A DNA stretch of 64,000 bases from Carcharhinus amblyrhynchos (taxonomy: Eukaryota), in the NCBI GenBank assembly GCA_965287045.1, contig OZ336894.1:35650001-35714000 (forward strand). The letters are read 5' to 3'. The stretch's first letter is position 1; every line of letters starts with the position of its first letter. Under the pieces are notes generated by a model. That model had not been told where the DNA came from, searched no databases, and was given only the letters and a program-made list of their open reading frames with translations. This document shows positions 49,581 to 63,033 of this stretch, one piece after another. Position numbers and translations under genes: made by a program.

Positions 49581-52243
49581 AAGAACATAAGAACATAAGA
49601 AATAGGAACAGGAGTAGGCCATCTAGCCCTTCGAGCCTGCCCCGCCATTCAATAAGATCATGGCTGATCTGTCGTGGCTCAGTTCCACTTTCCCGCCCTC
49701 TCCCCATAACCCTTAATCCCTTCTCTTATCAAAAACCCATCAACCCGCTTCTTAAAAATATTTAGCGAGGCAGCCTCCACCACTTCAACGGGCAGAGAAT
49801 TCCAGAGATTCACCACCCTTTGAGTGAAGAAGTTCCTCCTCAACTCCGTTCTAAACCGCCTCCCCTTTATCTTGAGGCTGTGCCCCCTAGTCCTACTGTC
49901 TTTTTTGAGCGGAAAGAGTCTCTCCACCTCTATCCTATCCATCCCATTCATCATCTTATACGTCTCAATGAGATCTCCCCTCATTCTTCTAAACTCTAAC
50001 GAGTACAAGCCTAGTTTATTCAGCCTCTCCTCATAGCTCAATCCCCTCAACTCCGGTATCAGCCTAGTAAACCTCCTCTGCACTCCCTCCAGGGCCAAAA
50101 TATCCTTGCGCAGGTGCGGCGCCCAAAACTGCACACAGTACTCCAGCTGCGGCCTCACCAATGCCCTATACAGCTGCAGCAAGACCTCCCTACTTTTATA
50201 TTCAATCCCCCTCGCTATGAAGGCCAGCATCCCATTCGCCTTCCTGACCACCTGCTGCACCTGCAAGCTGGGTTTTTGCGACTCATGCACAAGGACCCCG
50301 AGGTCCCTCTGCACCGTCGCCTGCTGCAGTTTTTCGCCACGTAAGTAATAGTCCTTCCTACCATTCTTCCTACCAAAGTGGACCACCTCACACTTGCCAA
50401 CATTAAATTCCATTTGCCATTTCCTGGCCCATTCGCCCAGCCTATCTAGATCCTTCTGCAGACTCTCCACACCCTCCGCACAATTTGCCGTTCCCCCAAT
50501 CTTGGTGTCATCAGCAAATTTCGACACCCTGCACTCGGTTCCCTCCTCCAGATCATCTATATAAATGGTAAATAGCTGAGGCCCCAGCACCGACCCCTGG
50601 GGCACCCCACTAGTCACCATCCGCCAATCCGAATAGCACCCATTGACCCCCACTCTCTGCCTCCTATTTGGCAACCAATCCTCTATCCACGCTAACACCC
50701 TACCCCCAACTCCATGTCCCCTGACCTTTTGCAATAACCTCTTGTGAGGTACCTTGTCAAACGCCTTCTGAAAATCCAGAAAGACCACATCCACCGGCTC
50801 TCCTCTATCCACTGCCCTAGACACATCCTCATAGAACTCCAGTAAATTTGTCAGACACGACTTCCCTTTAATGAAACCGTGTTGCGTCCGCCCTATCAAG
50901 CAATTCCCTTCAAGATGCCTCGCAATTTCCTGCTTAATGATGGATTCTAACATTTTACCTACCACAGACGTTAAACTAACCGGCCTATAATTCCCCGCCT
51001 TTTGCCTGGCACCCTTCTTAAACAACGGCGTAACATTAGCCGTTTTCCAATCTTCCGGCACTTCCCCAGAATCCAGCGACGTCTGGAAAATAACCACCAA
51101 GGCATCCACTATCACCTCCGCCATTTCTTTCAGAACCCTCGGATGCATTCCATCCGGTCCTGGGGACTTGTCCACAATCAGCCCCTCCAGTCTGTCGAGC
51201 ACCACCTCTCTAGTAACAGTAATGTCATTAAGACCCTCCATTCCTACCACCTTTCCATCGCTAACACCCGGCAAATTATTCACGTCCTCCTCCGTGAAGA
51301 CAGAAACAAAAAAGTTATTCAAGACCTTCGCCATATCCCCATCCCCTACCACTAGCTCCCCTTTCTCATCCTCTAAAGGACCAACGTTCACCCTAGCCAG
51401 CCTCTTCCTTTTTATATATTTATAAAAACTCTTGCTATCCTTTTTTATATTAAGTGCTAGCCCAGCCTCATAGCTTCTCCTACCCTCCTTTATCAACTTC
51501 TTTGTCAATCTTTGTTGACATTTAAACCTTTCCCAATCCTCTTCTCGCCCACTGCTCTTAGCTACTCTAAATTCCTCCGCTTTTAATTTAACACTTTCCT
51601 TCACCTCCTTCGTTATCCACGGCTTATTACCTCTCTTCCTACTGTCCTTTTTAACCATCGGAATAAATTTCTGCTGAGCACCAAGAAAGATCTCCTTAAA
51701 GATCCTCCACTGCTCCTCAGCAGACCTACCTTCCAACACATTCCCCCAGTCCACATTCGCCAATTCTTCTCTCATCCTACCATACTCCCCTCTATTCAAA
51801 CAAAGGACGCGCGTCCGGGAACCCACTTTCTCCTCCTCCATCTGCACCAGAAACTCCACCATACAATGATCACTCTCTCCAAGAGGATCCTTCACCGCAA
51901 GGTCCCTAATTCTACCCGCCTCATTACATAGCACCAGATCCAAGATAGCTTGCTCCCTCGTCGGCTCCAACACACACTGTTCAAGGAAATTATCCCGGCA
52001 GCATTCCAAGAACTCCTCCTCGAGCCCACCTCGTCCAACATGGGTCGACCAATCAATATGCAGATTGAAATCTCCCATAACTACTGCCGTCCCATTCCTG
52101 CACGCCGCACTTATTTGCGTGTTAACAGCCCGCCCCACCTCCAGATCATTATTCGGGGGCCTATAGACGACACCCACCAGCGTCTTCCTCCCTTTGCTGT
52201 TCCTAATCTCCACCCACAACGATTCCACGTTCTGCTCTTTCTC
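49581..52243 (-). mobile_element. Young 5'-truncated CR1-clade LINE with uninterrupted ORF2 (partial APE endonuclease + reverse transcriptase)
   Basis: Open frame of about 850 codons. APE motifs: ESLWVEI, GVVYRPP, MGDFN, ILDLVL, ESDH. RT motifs: KSPGPDG, NYRPVSLTS, QHGF, FLDFQKAFDKVPH, GVPQGSVLGP, KFADD. C-terminus RNFFTQRVVNLWNSLP. Short 3' UTR ending in (TTCTTATG)n. No ATG or ORF1 at the 5' side. Confidence 0.95.
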
Positions 52244-53777
52244 AGTGGTTGCAAGTCTACAGAGCAGCAGCCTGTGATTTGCATCTCTCTTCTCTGAGAG
52301 GTACAAAGGTGAATGATTGTGTATAGTTGCCCTTGTTTTAGATTGCTGAAAAGGTATATTGCTGGGTCAGAGAACTTGGTAAACTTAGGGTCATTCAGAA
52401 TTCTGCTGTGCGTGTCTCAACTCCAGTAAGTCCCATTCCCCTCTCACCCCTGTGCTTGCTGACCTGCAGTGGCTCCCAGTCAAGCCAGACCTCGAATGTA
52501 ACATTCAGATCCTTGTTTACAAATCCCCCCATGGCCTTGCCCCTCATGATCGCTGAAATCTCCTCCCATTCCACAATTCTCTGAGATATCTGCGCTCCTC
52601 TAATTTCCACCTTTTACAAATTCCAATTATATTTTGCTCGACTATTCATGGTCGTGAGTTCAGTTGCCAGTTGCTCTGGAATCTCCTCTCTGCACTCTCC
52701 ACCTCTCTATCCGCCTTTCCCCCTTCAAGACACTCTCCCTTGGCCAAGTTTTTGGTCTTCACATCTACTGGGTGGGATTCTCCAGCCATTCACACCGATG
52801 GAATTCTCCTATCCCGCTGCAGTGAATGGAGATTTGGCGGAGCGCCAAATTCTCTGTCCTCTGTGGCAGCGGGACGTGAACGGCTAGAGTTCTGGCCAAT
52901 ATTTCCTTATGCTGCTGAGTGTCATACTTTTGTTTTATAGTGCTCCTGAGAAGCACTTTGGGACATTTCATTACATTAAATATGTAAATATATGTGTGAT
53001 ATATGAATATATCATATCAATATTAGTTGACATAGTTGATGGCACGGGGTGAAAGTCAGTTGCGTTACACTATGCCCAACACACAGAAGATACACTGCAC
53101 GGTACATGTGTCATTAAATTATATTTGAACACATTATAGCACAGTGGTTAGCACTGCTGCTCACAGCACCAGGGACTGGGTTCAATTCCAGCCTGTGTGG
53201 AGTTTGCATGTTCTCTCCATGTGTGCGTGGGTTTCCTCCGGGTGCTCCGATTTCTTCCCACAGTCCAAAGATGAGTGGGTTAGGTTGATTGGCAATGCTA
53301 TGTTGTCCCTTAGCGTTAGGGGAACTCGCAGGGTAAATAGGTGTAGTTACAGGAATAGGGCCAGTGTGGGATTGTTGTCAGTGCAGGTTCAATGGGCTGA
53401 ATGGCCTCTTTCTGCACTGTAGGGATTTAATGACTGTTAGGTTTGGAATAGCAGCTGGTTCACCTCATTTTGATCTCTTCAGCTCACACCTCAAATCATC
53501 AATGAGGGCAAACCGAACCACGCTAACCAGTTAACAACTATTAATAAATTGAATCAAACCCCGTGAAGAGTGGGAAGAAAGAGGGCACTGCACATGACAC
53601 TGATAGGACATTAAACACAACAGAAAGGACTTGAAACCCATTCAATCACATACTCAGATATGAACTCATACGAAATAGGAGCAATTCGTTATAAAGGATA
53701 GAAGTTGGCCACAGTGGCGTATATGGTTGTTTTACTGCATGTTGTGTGTGTACCACTGGAACCTTTTTTTTCAAAAG

Positions 53778-54065
53778 TCTATTAGTGTCTAAAGTAGGCT
53801 TACATTAACACTGCAATGAAGTTACTGTGAAAATCCCCGAGTCACCACACTCCGGCACCTGTTCGGGTACACCGAGGGAGAATTTAGCATGGCCGATGCA
53901 CCTAACCAGCACGTCTTTCGAACTGTGGGAAGAAACCAGAGCACCCGGAGGAAACCCGCACAGACACAGGGAGAACATGCAGACTCCACACAGACAGTGA
54001 CCCAAGCCGGGAATTGAATCCAGGTCCCTGGCGCTGCGAGGCAGCAGTGCTAACCGCTGTGTCAT
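53778..54065 (-). mobile_element. HE1-like SINE, type B
   Basis: Reverse-complement copy. Others at about 1-267(-), 2246-2545(-), 3213-3460(+), 9608-9850(-), 31706-32000(-), 40478-40760(+), 46590-46745(-), 58640-58927(+) and 61497-61765(+). Confidence 0.9.
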
Positions 54066-57000
54066 CCTTACGTTACTTACAGACACCACAACGTCAGCCT
54101 GAGCAGGATGTTGAACTCCTTCTTCATGCTTTTATACTGGGGTATTTGGAGCTGCTGCAACACAGCTCTTTGGTGAAGGTACATTGCACACATGGAGCAC
54201 TCAAATGGTTGTTCCCATTGGGTTTCATTGAAAGTTTAAGGGCATTGATCATAAAGCCAATATACCACCTCGACCTTTCCAATTTTCACTGGATGCTCCT
54301 GAGACTTTTCAACAATTAGCGCAGCATTAAGCACCAAGGAAGGTAAATTCTGTCTTCGTGTCAATGGCAGGTTCCCACAAACAAATGTCTGGTGAGTAAT
54401 AAACTTCCCAAACAAACAATAGGCTGATTAGCCTCGGAAGCCAAAGCTCAGTCCAGTTCCAATCAGGTAACCTAACATGCTATCAACTGAGTGAACTGCA
54501 GATTATTAACTTTGTAAATGTCCCTAACATTAGCAAGAGAAATAATATTTTCTTTCCATGCCACCTTTGGCTAGGTCGCAAAACCGCTGCAACTTAATTT
54601 TAGCCCCTCCATAATAAAATTGATTTGGTTCTCCGAAGCCGAATACTCCTGAAACAGCGTAAAATGCTGCAAAGTATTTTTGGCCTGAAATCGCATCAAT
54701 AGTTGCACCAATGTCTATCGCATTATTCTGCTCTCTGGTGACCTAAAGGTCTTAAAATAGACTTGGTCTTAAAGAAAACATTGAGGAAAACGCTGAGGTC
54801 CGATGTGCACAGGTCTGATTTCCACCGACACGACCTAGATAGCCCGGTGAGAGACGCGCTCTATAATTGGATAGGGATGTTGTTACTGCGGGGTTTCACC
54901 CCGGAGAGAGGGGAAACCCGTTGAGGAAAACAAAACAGACCACTTTTGTACTTAAGGATATCCCTATTGCTCTTGGCATGGTGTTAACCATATAAAGACC
55001 GGTCTAGTGAATATAGTTCCAGATGGACAGAATTCTATAGGGAGAATCAAACAGCACCGAGACAGGCAATATGGCTTAATTTGCACCCACTGGTTCTTTT
55101 AAATAGTGAGCTCAGCTACTCTACTCTTTTTTTGTTTTGGTTCTTTATCTCATTCACTTTTTTCCTGGCCCTGCTACTTGTGGAAATTACTCTATGGCAA
55201 GTTTCTGCTTCATAATTTTGAATTGTTTTGTCAAATCTCCCTTCAACCTTTCCCCCTGCTCTAAGGTGAACACACCTACTTTCTCTTGTTTCTCCACATA
55301 ACTGAAGTCCCTCAACCCCGGTACCACTCTGGTGAAATCCCTCTGCACCCTCCACCAGATCTTGATGTCCTTCCACACCTGTGTGCCCAGAATTGGGCAC
55401 GTGAGAAATATCTTAACTAAAGTCTATTTGTAATGCACAAGACGGAGATGAGGAGCTGGCTAGTAAAGGTTAACTTGGCTTGTCTTGCATGTTTACCCAG
55501 CACACTTGTGCAAACTGTAACAATTGACACATACATGCTTGGGTCAGAGAAGGGAACAATTTGCCATTTGTGCTCATGATCCAATAGTGCTTGCTGGAAG
55601 CAATATTTTGGTTGTTGTGCGAAGGTAAGATGAGCTTTAGAACTCAGTTATGGCAGGAGGCTCCCATGTGGACAATGGACATACCTTAACGACATCCTCA
55701 AAGCATTCCTAAAGAGATCAAACATTCACTTAAAAGACTTTGGTTTGTGACTGACCAAAGTGGGATTGGCTCATTCAAGAAGAGACTAAACAAATAGAAA
55801 CATAGGAAATAGGAAGAGAAGGAAAACTTTTGGCCCTTCGAGCCTGCTCCACCATTCATGATGATCATGGTTGATTATCCAACTCATTAGTCAGATCCCA
55901 CCTTCCCCCCATATCCTTTGATCCCATTTGCCTCAAGTGCTTTGCCTAGCTGCTTCTTGAAAACATTTAATGTCTTGGCCTCAACTACTTTCTGTGATGG
56001 AGAATTCCACAGGCTAACCACTCTCTGGGTGAAGAAATTTCTCCTTGCCTCTGTCCTAAACCATATCCTTGGATTGTGACCCTGGTTCGGGACACCCTCA
56101 CCATTGGGAACATCCTTTTACGTTTACCCTGTCTCGTCCTGTTAGAGTTTTATAGGTTTCTATGAGAGCCCCCTTCATTCTTCTGAACTCCAGCGAATAC
56201 AATCTTAACTAACTCAATCTCTCTTCATTTGTCAGTTCTGCCATCCCAGGAATCGATCTGGTAAACTTTGGCAGGAGTGTGCAGAAGTGAAGTCGAGGTG
56301 TCGGAAGGAGGTGAAATTTAAATTCAATTTAAAAAGAAATCTGGAATTAAATCCTTTGATGAAACCATTGTCTATTGTTATTAAAAACCCACTAACGTCT
56401 GTTAGGGAAGGAAATCTGCCATCCTTACCTGGTCTGGCCTATATGTGATTCCAGACCCCAGCAACGTGGTTGACTCTTAAATGCCCTCTGAAATGACCTA
56501 GCAAGTCAATCAGTTCAAGGGCAATTAGAGATGGGCAATAAATGCTGGCTGAGCCAGCAATGCTCATATCGCATGAATGAATTTAATAGATTCAATATTT
56601 ATATAGTGTTGTAAATGAAGTAAAATATCTTAAGACAATGCATAGGATCATAGAAACAGTGTGGAAGGAGGCCATTCAGCCTACACCTACAACAATCCCA
56701 TCCAGGCCCTATCCCATTAACCCCATGTACTTACCCTACTAATCCCACTGATACTAAGGGGCAATTTAGCATGATGAATCAACCTAACCAGCACATCTTC
56801 TAGACACTAAGGGGCAACTTAACATGGCTAATCCACCTAACCTACACAGCTTTGAAGTGTAGGAGGAAACCGGAGAGCCCAGAGGAAATGCATGCAGACA
56901 CAGGGAGAATGTGCAAACTCCAAGAGACAGTCACCTTAAGGCCAGAATTCATCCCGGGCAGCTGGCGCTGACCAATGCGCCACTGTGCCATCCACAGGAA

Positions 57001-57402
57001 TGCAGTTGGGCAAAAATGACGGAGAGCCATTGTTATGACTGCTTTGTCTGGAGAGTTAAATATTAAGGAGGGCCTAAAAGGTGCAGAAAGAGAAGTTGAA
57101 AGGATGAGATGCTAGAGCCTCGTATTTTGGGTACTGAATGCACAGCCACTGGTGGCGCTGTGAGTGAAATGGGGAAGATGGATAAGAGGTAAGAGCTAGA
57201 GGAATGCAGAATTCTCAGAGTCAAAATTCACAGTTGAATAATGGCCAACAGAACCAGGTGAAAGCAAGAATCCAACATCCCAGAGAGGGAGGGAGAGATG
57301 GTCATCAAACTGGTGAGGGAAGGTGACCGGATTACCTGCCTGCCTCGAGGTTGATGCTTGCTGGTTTAGTGGCATGGGGTGAGATTAACCAAAACACACA
57401 CT

Positions 57403-57876
57403 GGGTGGGATTTTACCACCACTTTACGCAGCTAGAAAATGCCATAAAATTGGGCATAAAACGGCTAACATGATTGGTGCCAGTTTTTGCAATCAGCGTG
57501 ATTTTACGACACCTGGAATTTCGGCACTGTCAGCCTCCCACTGGAAATGGGCGAGAGACTGATTAATTTATTGAAATTTACTCGAATGCTCATTTCCATC
57601 TGTTTAGCCAGCCCAGCGCTCAATTGGACGGGGACCCCTGTTAATGCGCATGTGCAGCACCAGAGGTCTGCACATGCGCAATACCTCCCACTCCAGGCTG
57701 TCTGGCGAGTTAAACCCCACCCACAGCCTCTCTGGCTAGAAACTGGCTAGCCTATCTTTTTAGAGCCAGAGTGCATAAGATTGGGTGTGAAAACTCACCC
57801 CAAAAAAAACAGATCTGGAATTCTCCCATTTTCAGACTTGCTGGACAATTAAATAAAAATCTTGTAAAATTCCACT
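57403..57876. mobile_element. Longer MITE-like element, same family as 42176-42788 in opposite orientation
   Basis: Termini gggtgggattttac..gtaaaattccac. Confidence 0.55.
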
Positions 57877-58399
57877 TATTATTCGAAAAAGGAAAGCAAT
57901 AAGCAAATATGGGGCAATGTTGCTTACCAAACAAATAGGGTGCCAAAACTCATATTAAATTGTTCTGAGAATAAACCACTAACTGCAAGACAATTACAGT
58001 CTGATTTTCAAAGAATTTTCCCTGTGGCAAATCTACTTCTTTATGAGGTGTAGCTGTTAAATATATTTACTCCAGCACTGATTTGTGCACTATTGGTAGT
58101 GGCACTGAGGTATCGCTTTGAAAACTATTTAAAACTACATCATAAACACTGCATAATACATTTAATCATGTCCTTTCACTGAATTATTCTTGTAATCTTT
58201 TCTTAAATGAGTGAGTGTTTTAAGAAAAAAAACATCTCATTCTGGGATGGAAAACATTTCTCCAAGTAGGACACTCTTTTGTTGCTGATGCATCCACATA
58301 ATGGTTTAGATTTTGCGATGGAGAGATGAACAGAGCTTGTCACTGTGTAAACTGAACAGTAACTTCCAGTGGCAACAAATACACAACTCACAGATATTC

Positions 58400-59045
58400 A
58401 CAGGGTTCCTACAGTGCAGGAGGCCATTCGACCCATCAAGTCAGCACTGATTCTCTGAAAGAGCATTTTACTCATGCCTACCCCTTTCCCTATCCCTGTG
58501 ACCTGACACGTTTACCCTGCTAAATCCTCCCAACCTCGACATCTTGGGACACAAAGGGGCAATTTGGCACAGCCAATCCACCTAGCCTGCACATCTTTGG
58601 AATGTGTTCGGGAACTGGAGCACCTGAAGGAACCCAGAGGTAGCACGGTGGCACAGTGGTTAGCACTGCTACCTCACAGTACCAGGGACCCAGGTTCGAT
58701 TCCTGGCTTGGGTCACTGTCTGTGTGGGGTTTGCATGTTCTCCCCGTGTCTCCGTGGATTTCCTCCAGGTGCTGCAGTTTCTTCCTACAGCCTGAAAAAT
58801 GTGCTAAATTCTCCCTCAGTGTACCCGAACAGGCGCCAGAGTGTGGCAACTAGGGGATTTCCACAGTAACTTCATTGCGGTGTTAATGGTAGCCTACTTG
58901 TGACTAATAAATAAATAAATAAACTTTTAAGCCAGTTCAAACACTGGCAGGGCATGCAAAATGCACACTGTCAGTCAAGGCTAGAATTGAACCCGAGTCC
59001 TTGGCGCTGTGAGGCAACAGTACTAACCACTGTGCCACCGTGTCA
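58400..59045. mobile_element. Nested SINEs: plus-strand type B copy inside a minus-strand type A copy
   Basis: The outer element stops at ..gcacctgaaggaacc and resumes after the inner tail aataaataaac at about 58930. Confidence 0.8.
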
Positions 59046-62000
59046 TCCTGATGATAAAGATGTGTGGTCAGAAACTCCATTCCAGGTCAAATGGGATGCC
59101 AAAACATCCAACATGATACTGTGGTGAGGAAGTGGAATGGGGAAGCCAGGGAGTTGTTGGTGCATGGCACCTTTGAACTCCACAATGCCAATCTGTACAT
59201 TGGAAAGGAAATCTGATCACTTGGACGCAGTCACGGGGATAAGAGAAATGGTGAATAAAGAATTAGATAAAAATTGATTTTGTTCATGTTGTTGTTGATG
59301 GGCAGCACATTGATAAAAGAGGATTGTGAAAACACTATAGTGGCACTATGCAGATAGAACCTATTTCTGAGAGAGATCTGGGTTACAACTGGATAGCTAA
59401 CAATGGAACCAATCATTCCACCATTGGAAACAGATGAAATCGCTGAATACATTCATGGAATCCCTACAGGAGGAGATCATTTGGCTCACTGAACCTGCAC
59501 TGACAACAATCCCAACCTGTAACCCAGCTATTTACCTCGCTAATCGCTCTGACAATAAGTATCAATTTAGCATGGCCAATCAACCTAACCCGCACATCTT
59601 TATAGATGAATGATATAGCGCAGTCACTGAGAATATTCTGTTTGACTGTTGTTTGCACTGTTCTGGTTCAAATGTCTCAGTGGAGGGATTCGAACAATGA
59701 GAAGCATTCCATTACACATCTCACATGAAACCTCGGCAGCGGTGAACCAGAAAGTCAGCTTCTCAATGCAGAATACCCTCCTCCGATGTCTCTAGAACCA
59801 GCAATGTCAATAATGATTGGTCCAGGTATGCTTTTGTTCAATGGTTATTCCCAGGATGTTGATGGTGGAAGTCGAGCAATAGTGCTCTGTCCCTGAACAA
59901 AAGAGCTATAGATCCCCGACAGTGCAGTAGAGGCCATTCGGCCCATCAAGCCTGCACCTCAACTCTCTGCCACAGCATCTTACCCGAGGAAATGAAAAGG
60001 TTTTCTTTTGACGGAGATAGTGAAAAATAAGGGCAGGCAACTTCAATGAAGGGCAAACTTTATGGGCAATAACAACGGCAACTTTCGTGCCATGTACCCA
60101 TTCTCATGTACAGCAAAACATCAGTGTGCCTGCAGATTGAATTAAGGAGGCAGACACGGTGCCTAAAGTAAGGAGGGATAAAGGAAACTGGATTAAAAGT
60201 GAGAACTCAAAGCAGAAATGAAAAGGAGACATTTTAGGAAGCTTCTGAACGCAGGGAGGAGGCGGTGGGGTTTGGGCAGAGTGTCAGGGCGGGAACGAAT
60301 TAAAGATCTATCACTGATGGAGCAGGAGACGAGTCGAGGAGATTGATTAGAGGAATTAAGATTGCACGCGGCCAGCAATGGAACAAGTACATGGAGGAAT
60401 CCGAAATGAAAGGCAAGGGTCTTAAATGAATTTGCTTTGAGATAAACAGACAGTGGAGCTGAAGGACTGGGATAATGAGAGTACAAGGCTGTGTGTGGAG
60501 GAGGAAGAGGATTGCAGGGTTTATCTGTTCTGCTTCATTACCCAGGACTAAGTCAGGCTGAACTTCTGTCCATGCTGGAGTAATAGCACCCGACTGAGCT
60601 CTGAATGAAAAACAAACTCCTGAAACAATCCCAACGTCAAGAGGAATTTGCATCTTTCAATGCTAACCGGTGGATTTAATTTCACAAGGTGTTGCTGTGG
60701 GGGTGGGTGGTGGTAGTTATGAGGGGTGGGGGGTTGGGGATGTGAATAGTGATTGTGGGTTAGGGATCCTTGACCTCCAAGCTCAGTGGTGAGTCTGCTT
60801 GTACAAGTCCTGCCTGTCATACACCCGCTCCAGTCATTCCAGAGCAGTTTGGCTATTAAGTGGCTTCAGGCAGATCATTCCACCCATCAGCGAGGAGGAC
60901 ACACTTCCGAGATTGCTGGCCAATCAAATGGCTGGCATTTCTGCTCCCAGTGGCGCCACCAGCAGTGGTGGCCACTTCTGGGATTACATTTCAATCCAAA
61001 GGGAAGAAGCTACGGGTGGAGTTTCCAGCCGCACTCATCCCAAGACCAGAAACTTCCGCTCGAGGAAAACAAACTATTGCATGGTCTCCCCCACCCACAG
61101 CTTGCTACGATTCCCAGGTGGGTGGGACGGGAAAATTCTCCAGTATGGACCTATACTTTCAGTTAAGTCTGCTGTCTTGCCTGGGCTCGGCTGGCTGGCC
61201 ACGGCAAGGGGGTTGGGGGGGTCAAGATAAACATGGTGGAGTAACATGATGCAGGGAGGAGGAAACCTAGGGGTGGGCACTGACTGTCTTACCAGCAAGC
61301 ATTCTCCTCACTAGCTTGAACATGATATTACTCGATGGCCTGGACATGGTTCCAACCTCCTCTGCTGTGAGTGAAATACCAGCGCCGGTGGGAGAGGGCC
61401 CTGATGTGACCATTAACTGGGCACTTCAGGACCTCATTTGGCCCATGCGTGGATGAACTGCCCGATGGCTTCAAGGTAAAATACCCATCTGCGTGGGAAG
61501 CACAATGACACAGTGGTTAGCACTGCTGCCTCATACTGCCAGGGACCCGAGTTCCGATTCCTGTCTTGGGTCAGCATCTGCGTGGAGTTTGCACATTCTC
61601 CCCATGTCTGCATGGGTTTCCTCTGTGTGCTCTGGTTTCCTCCCACAGTCTGAAAGATGTGCTGGTTAGGTGCTTTGACCCAAACAGGCACCGCAGTGTG
61701 GCGACGAGGGGATTTTCACATTGCAGCGACAACGTAAGCCTTACTTGTTTCCAATAAATAAACTTGAAAAAGACAAGTGACAGACAAGGAGCAACTGTGA
61801 TTTTATGCTGCCCCCCCTCTGGGAGAAGGGGGTGGTTGTAAAATTCAGCCTGACACCTACCAGTGGGCATCTCTCCTTTTTGATCTGCCTGCTCTTTATT
61901 GGTTCACATGAGCCTCTCATGGTAATCCTGAGGTTTCTAACCTGAGGTCCACCATTGAACTCCTGGTACCTTTTGTTTAGCATGACTTGAATAACTTGTT

Positions 62001-62737
62001 TCCTTGGGTCATCAAAATAAACCCGCATTCTTGCTGATCACCCTTCCTCTCTGTGCACCTGTTAATGTCTATGGCAACTGAAAGGCAACACACAATTTGG
62101 GATCCAACTTGGCATTGACGGAACTGATCGCCGACATACACTCAGCTCATTTTGAGAGCAGGGCAGCAGCGCTGATGATTCATCAACCCTGGTTCAAATA
62201 TTGGTGCGAAAACTTAGTTGCCAAAAGAATCCCACAGGAGGATGCACAACATCTTCCAAATGAACCTTCCAAACTTCCATCGCTCTGTCCACTTGTGTCC
62301 CTGATGCTCCCTCCATCTCCCGCGCGTGACCAATCCCCTGCTGTTTCCCCACACTCAGTAATTAGCAGTCACGCTGGAAATGCTTCTTGCAAGTGTGTTA
62401 AAACGGAGAACTTCCAGCCGTTGTGGAACTCCTTTACTCTGCAAATTTTGAACAACGGAAATCACAGGTACCTTGTGACTGTTACACTTTCATCACAGTC
62501 TGTCTTGGTGGTGAATCTGATTTAAACACTCCTGCTCATTACTGTTTTCTTTCTGTGTGCAATGTGTGATATGAAGATATGCCTTTGTCACTTTCCTACA
62601 GATTCTTTCACATTTATGATCATACAAACCGTACATTATAATGACAATCCGGAATGGACAATTATTATTCCTCGCTCACATTTTTCATGATGAATTTTGC
62701 TCAGCAGCCTACATGCAGTTTGATGCTGGGATTTTCC

Positions 62738-62997
62738 GTGTGTGTGTGTGTGTGTGTGAATCTGTGTGTGCGAATCTGTGTGTGCATGTGTGCGTCTGTG
62801 CATGTGTGCATATGTAAGTGCATGCGTGTGTGTGTGCATGTGCATATGTTTGTGCATGTGTGTATGTGCATGTTTGTGTGTGTGTCTGTGTGCATGTTCT
62901 TGAGTCTATGTATGTTTGTGTCTCTATGTATATTTGTGTGTCTGCAAATGTGTCTGCGAATGTGGCTGCGTGTATGTCTGCATGTGCACGTGTATCT

Positions 62998-63033
<36 letters not shown>

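Noticed and set aside
52244-52306. N-terminal extension and start codon of the 875-aa LINE ORF
   Set aside because: The start is TTG in what appears to be flanking DNA. The element is 5'-truncated within the endonuclease, so this is not a complete gene.
55051-55068. REST/RE1-like motif CAGCACC..GACAG
   Set aside because: Half-site spacing and the right half deviate from the canonical TTCAGCACCnnGGACAG.
57145-57162. CTCF-like motif CCACTGGTGGCGC
   Set aside because: One base short of the core consensus spacing and unsupported without data.
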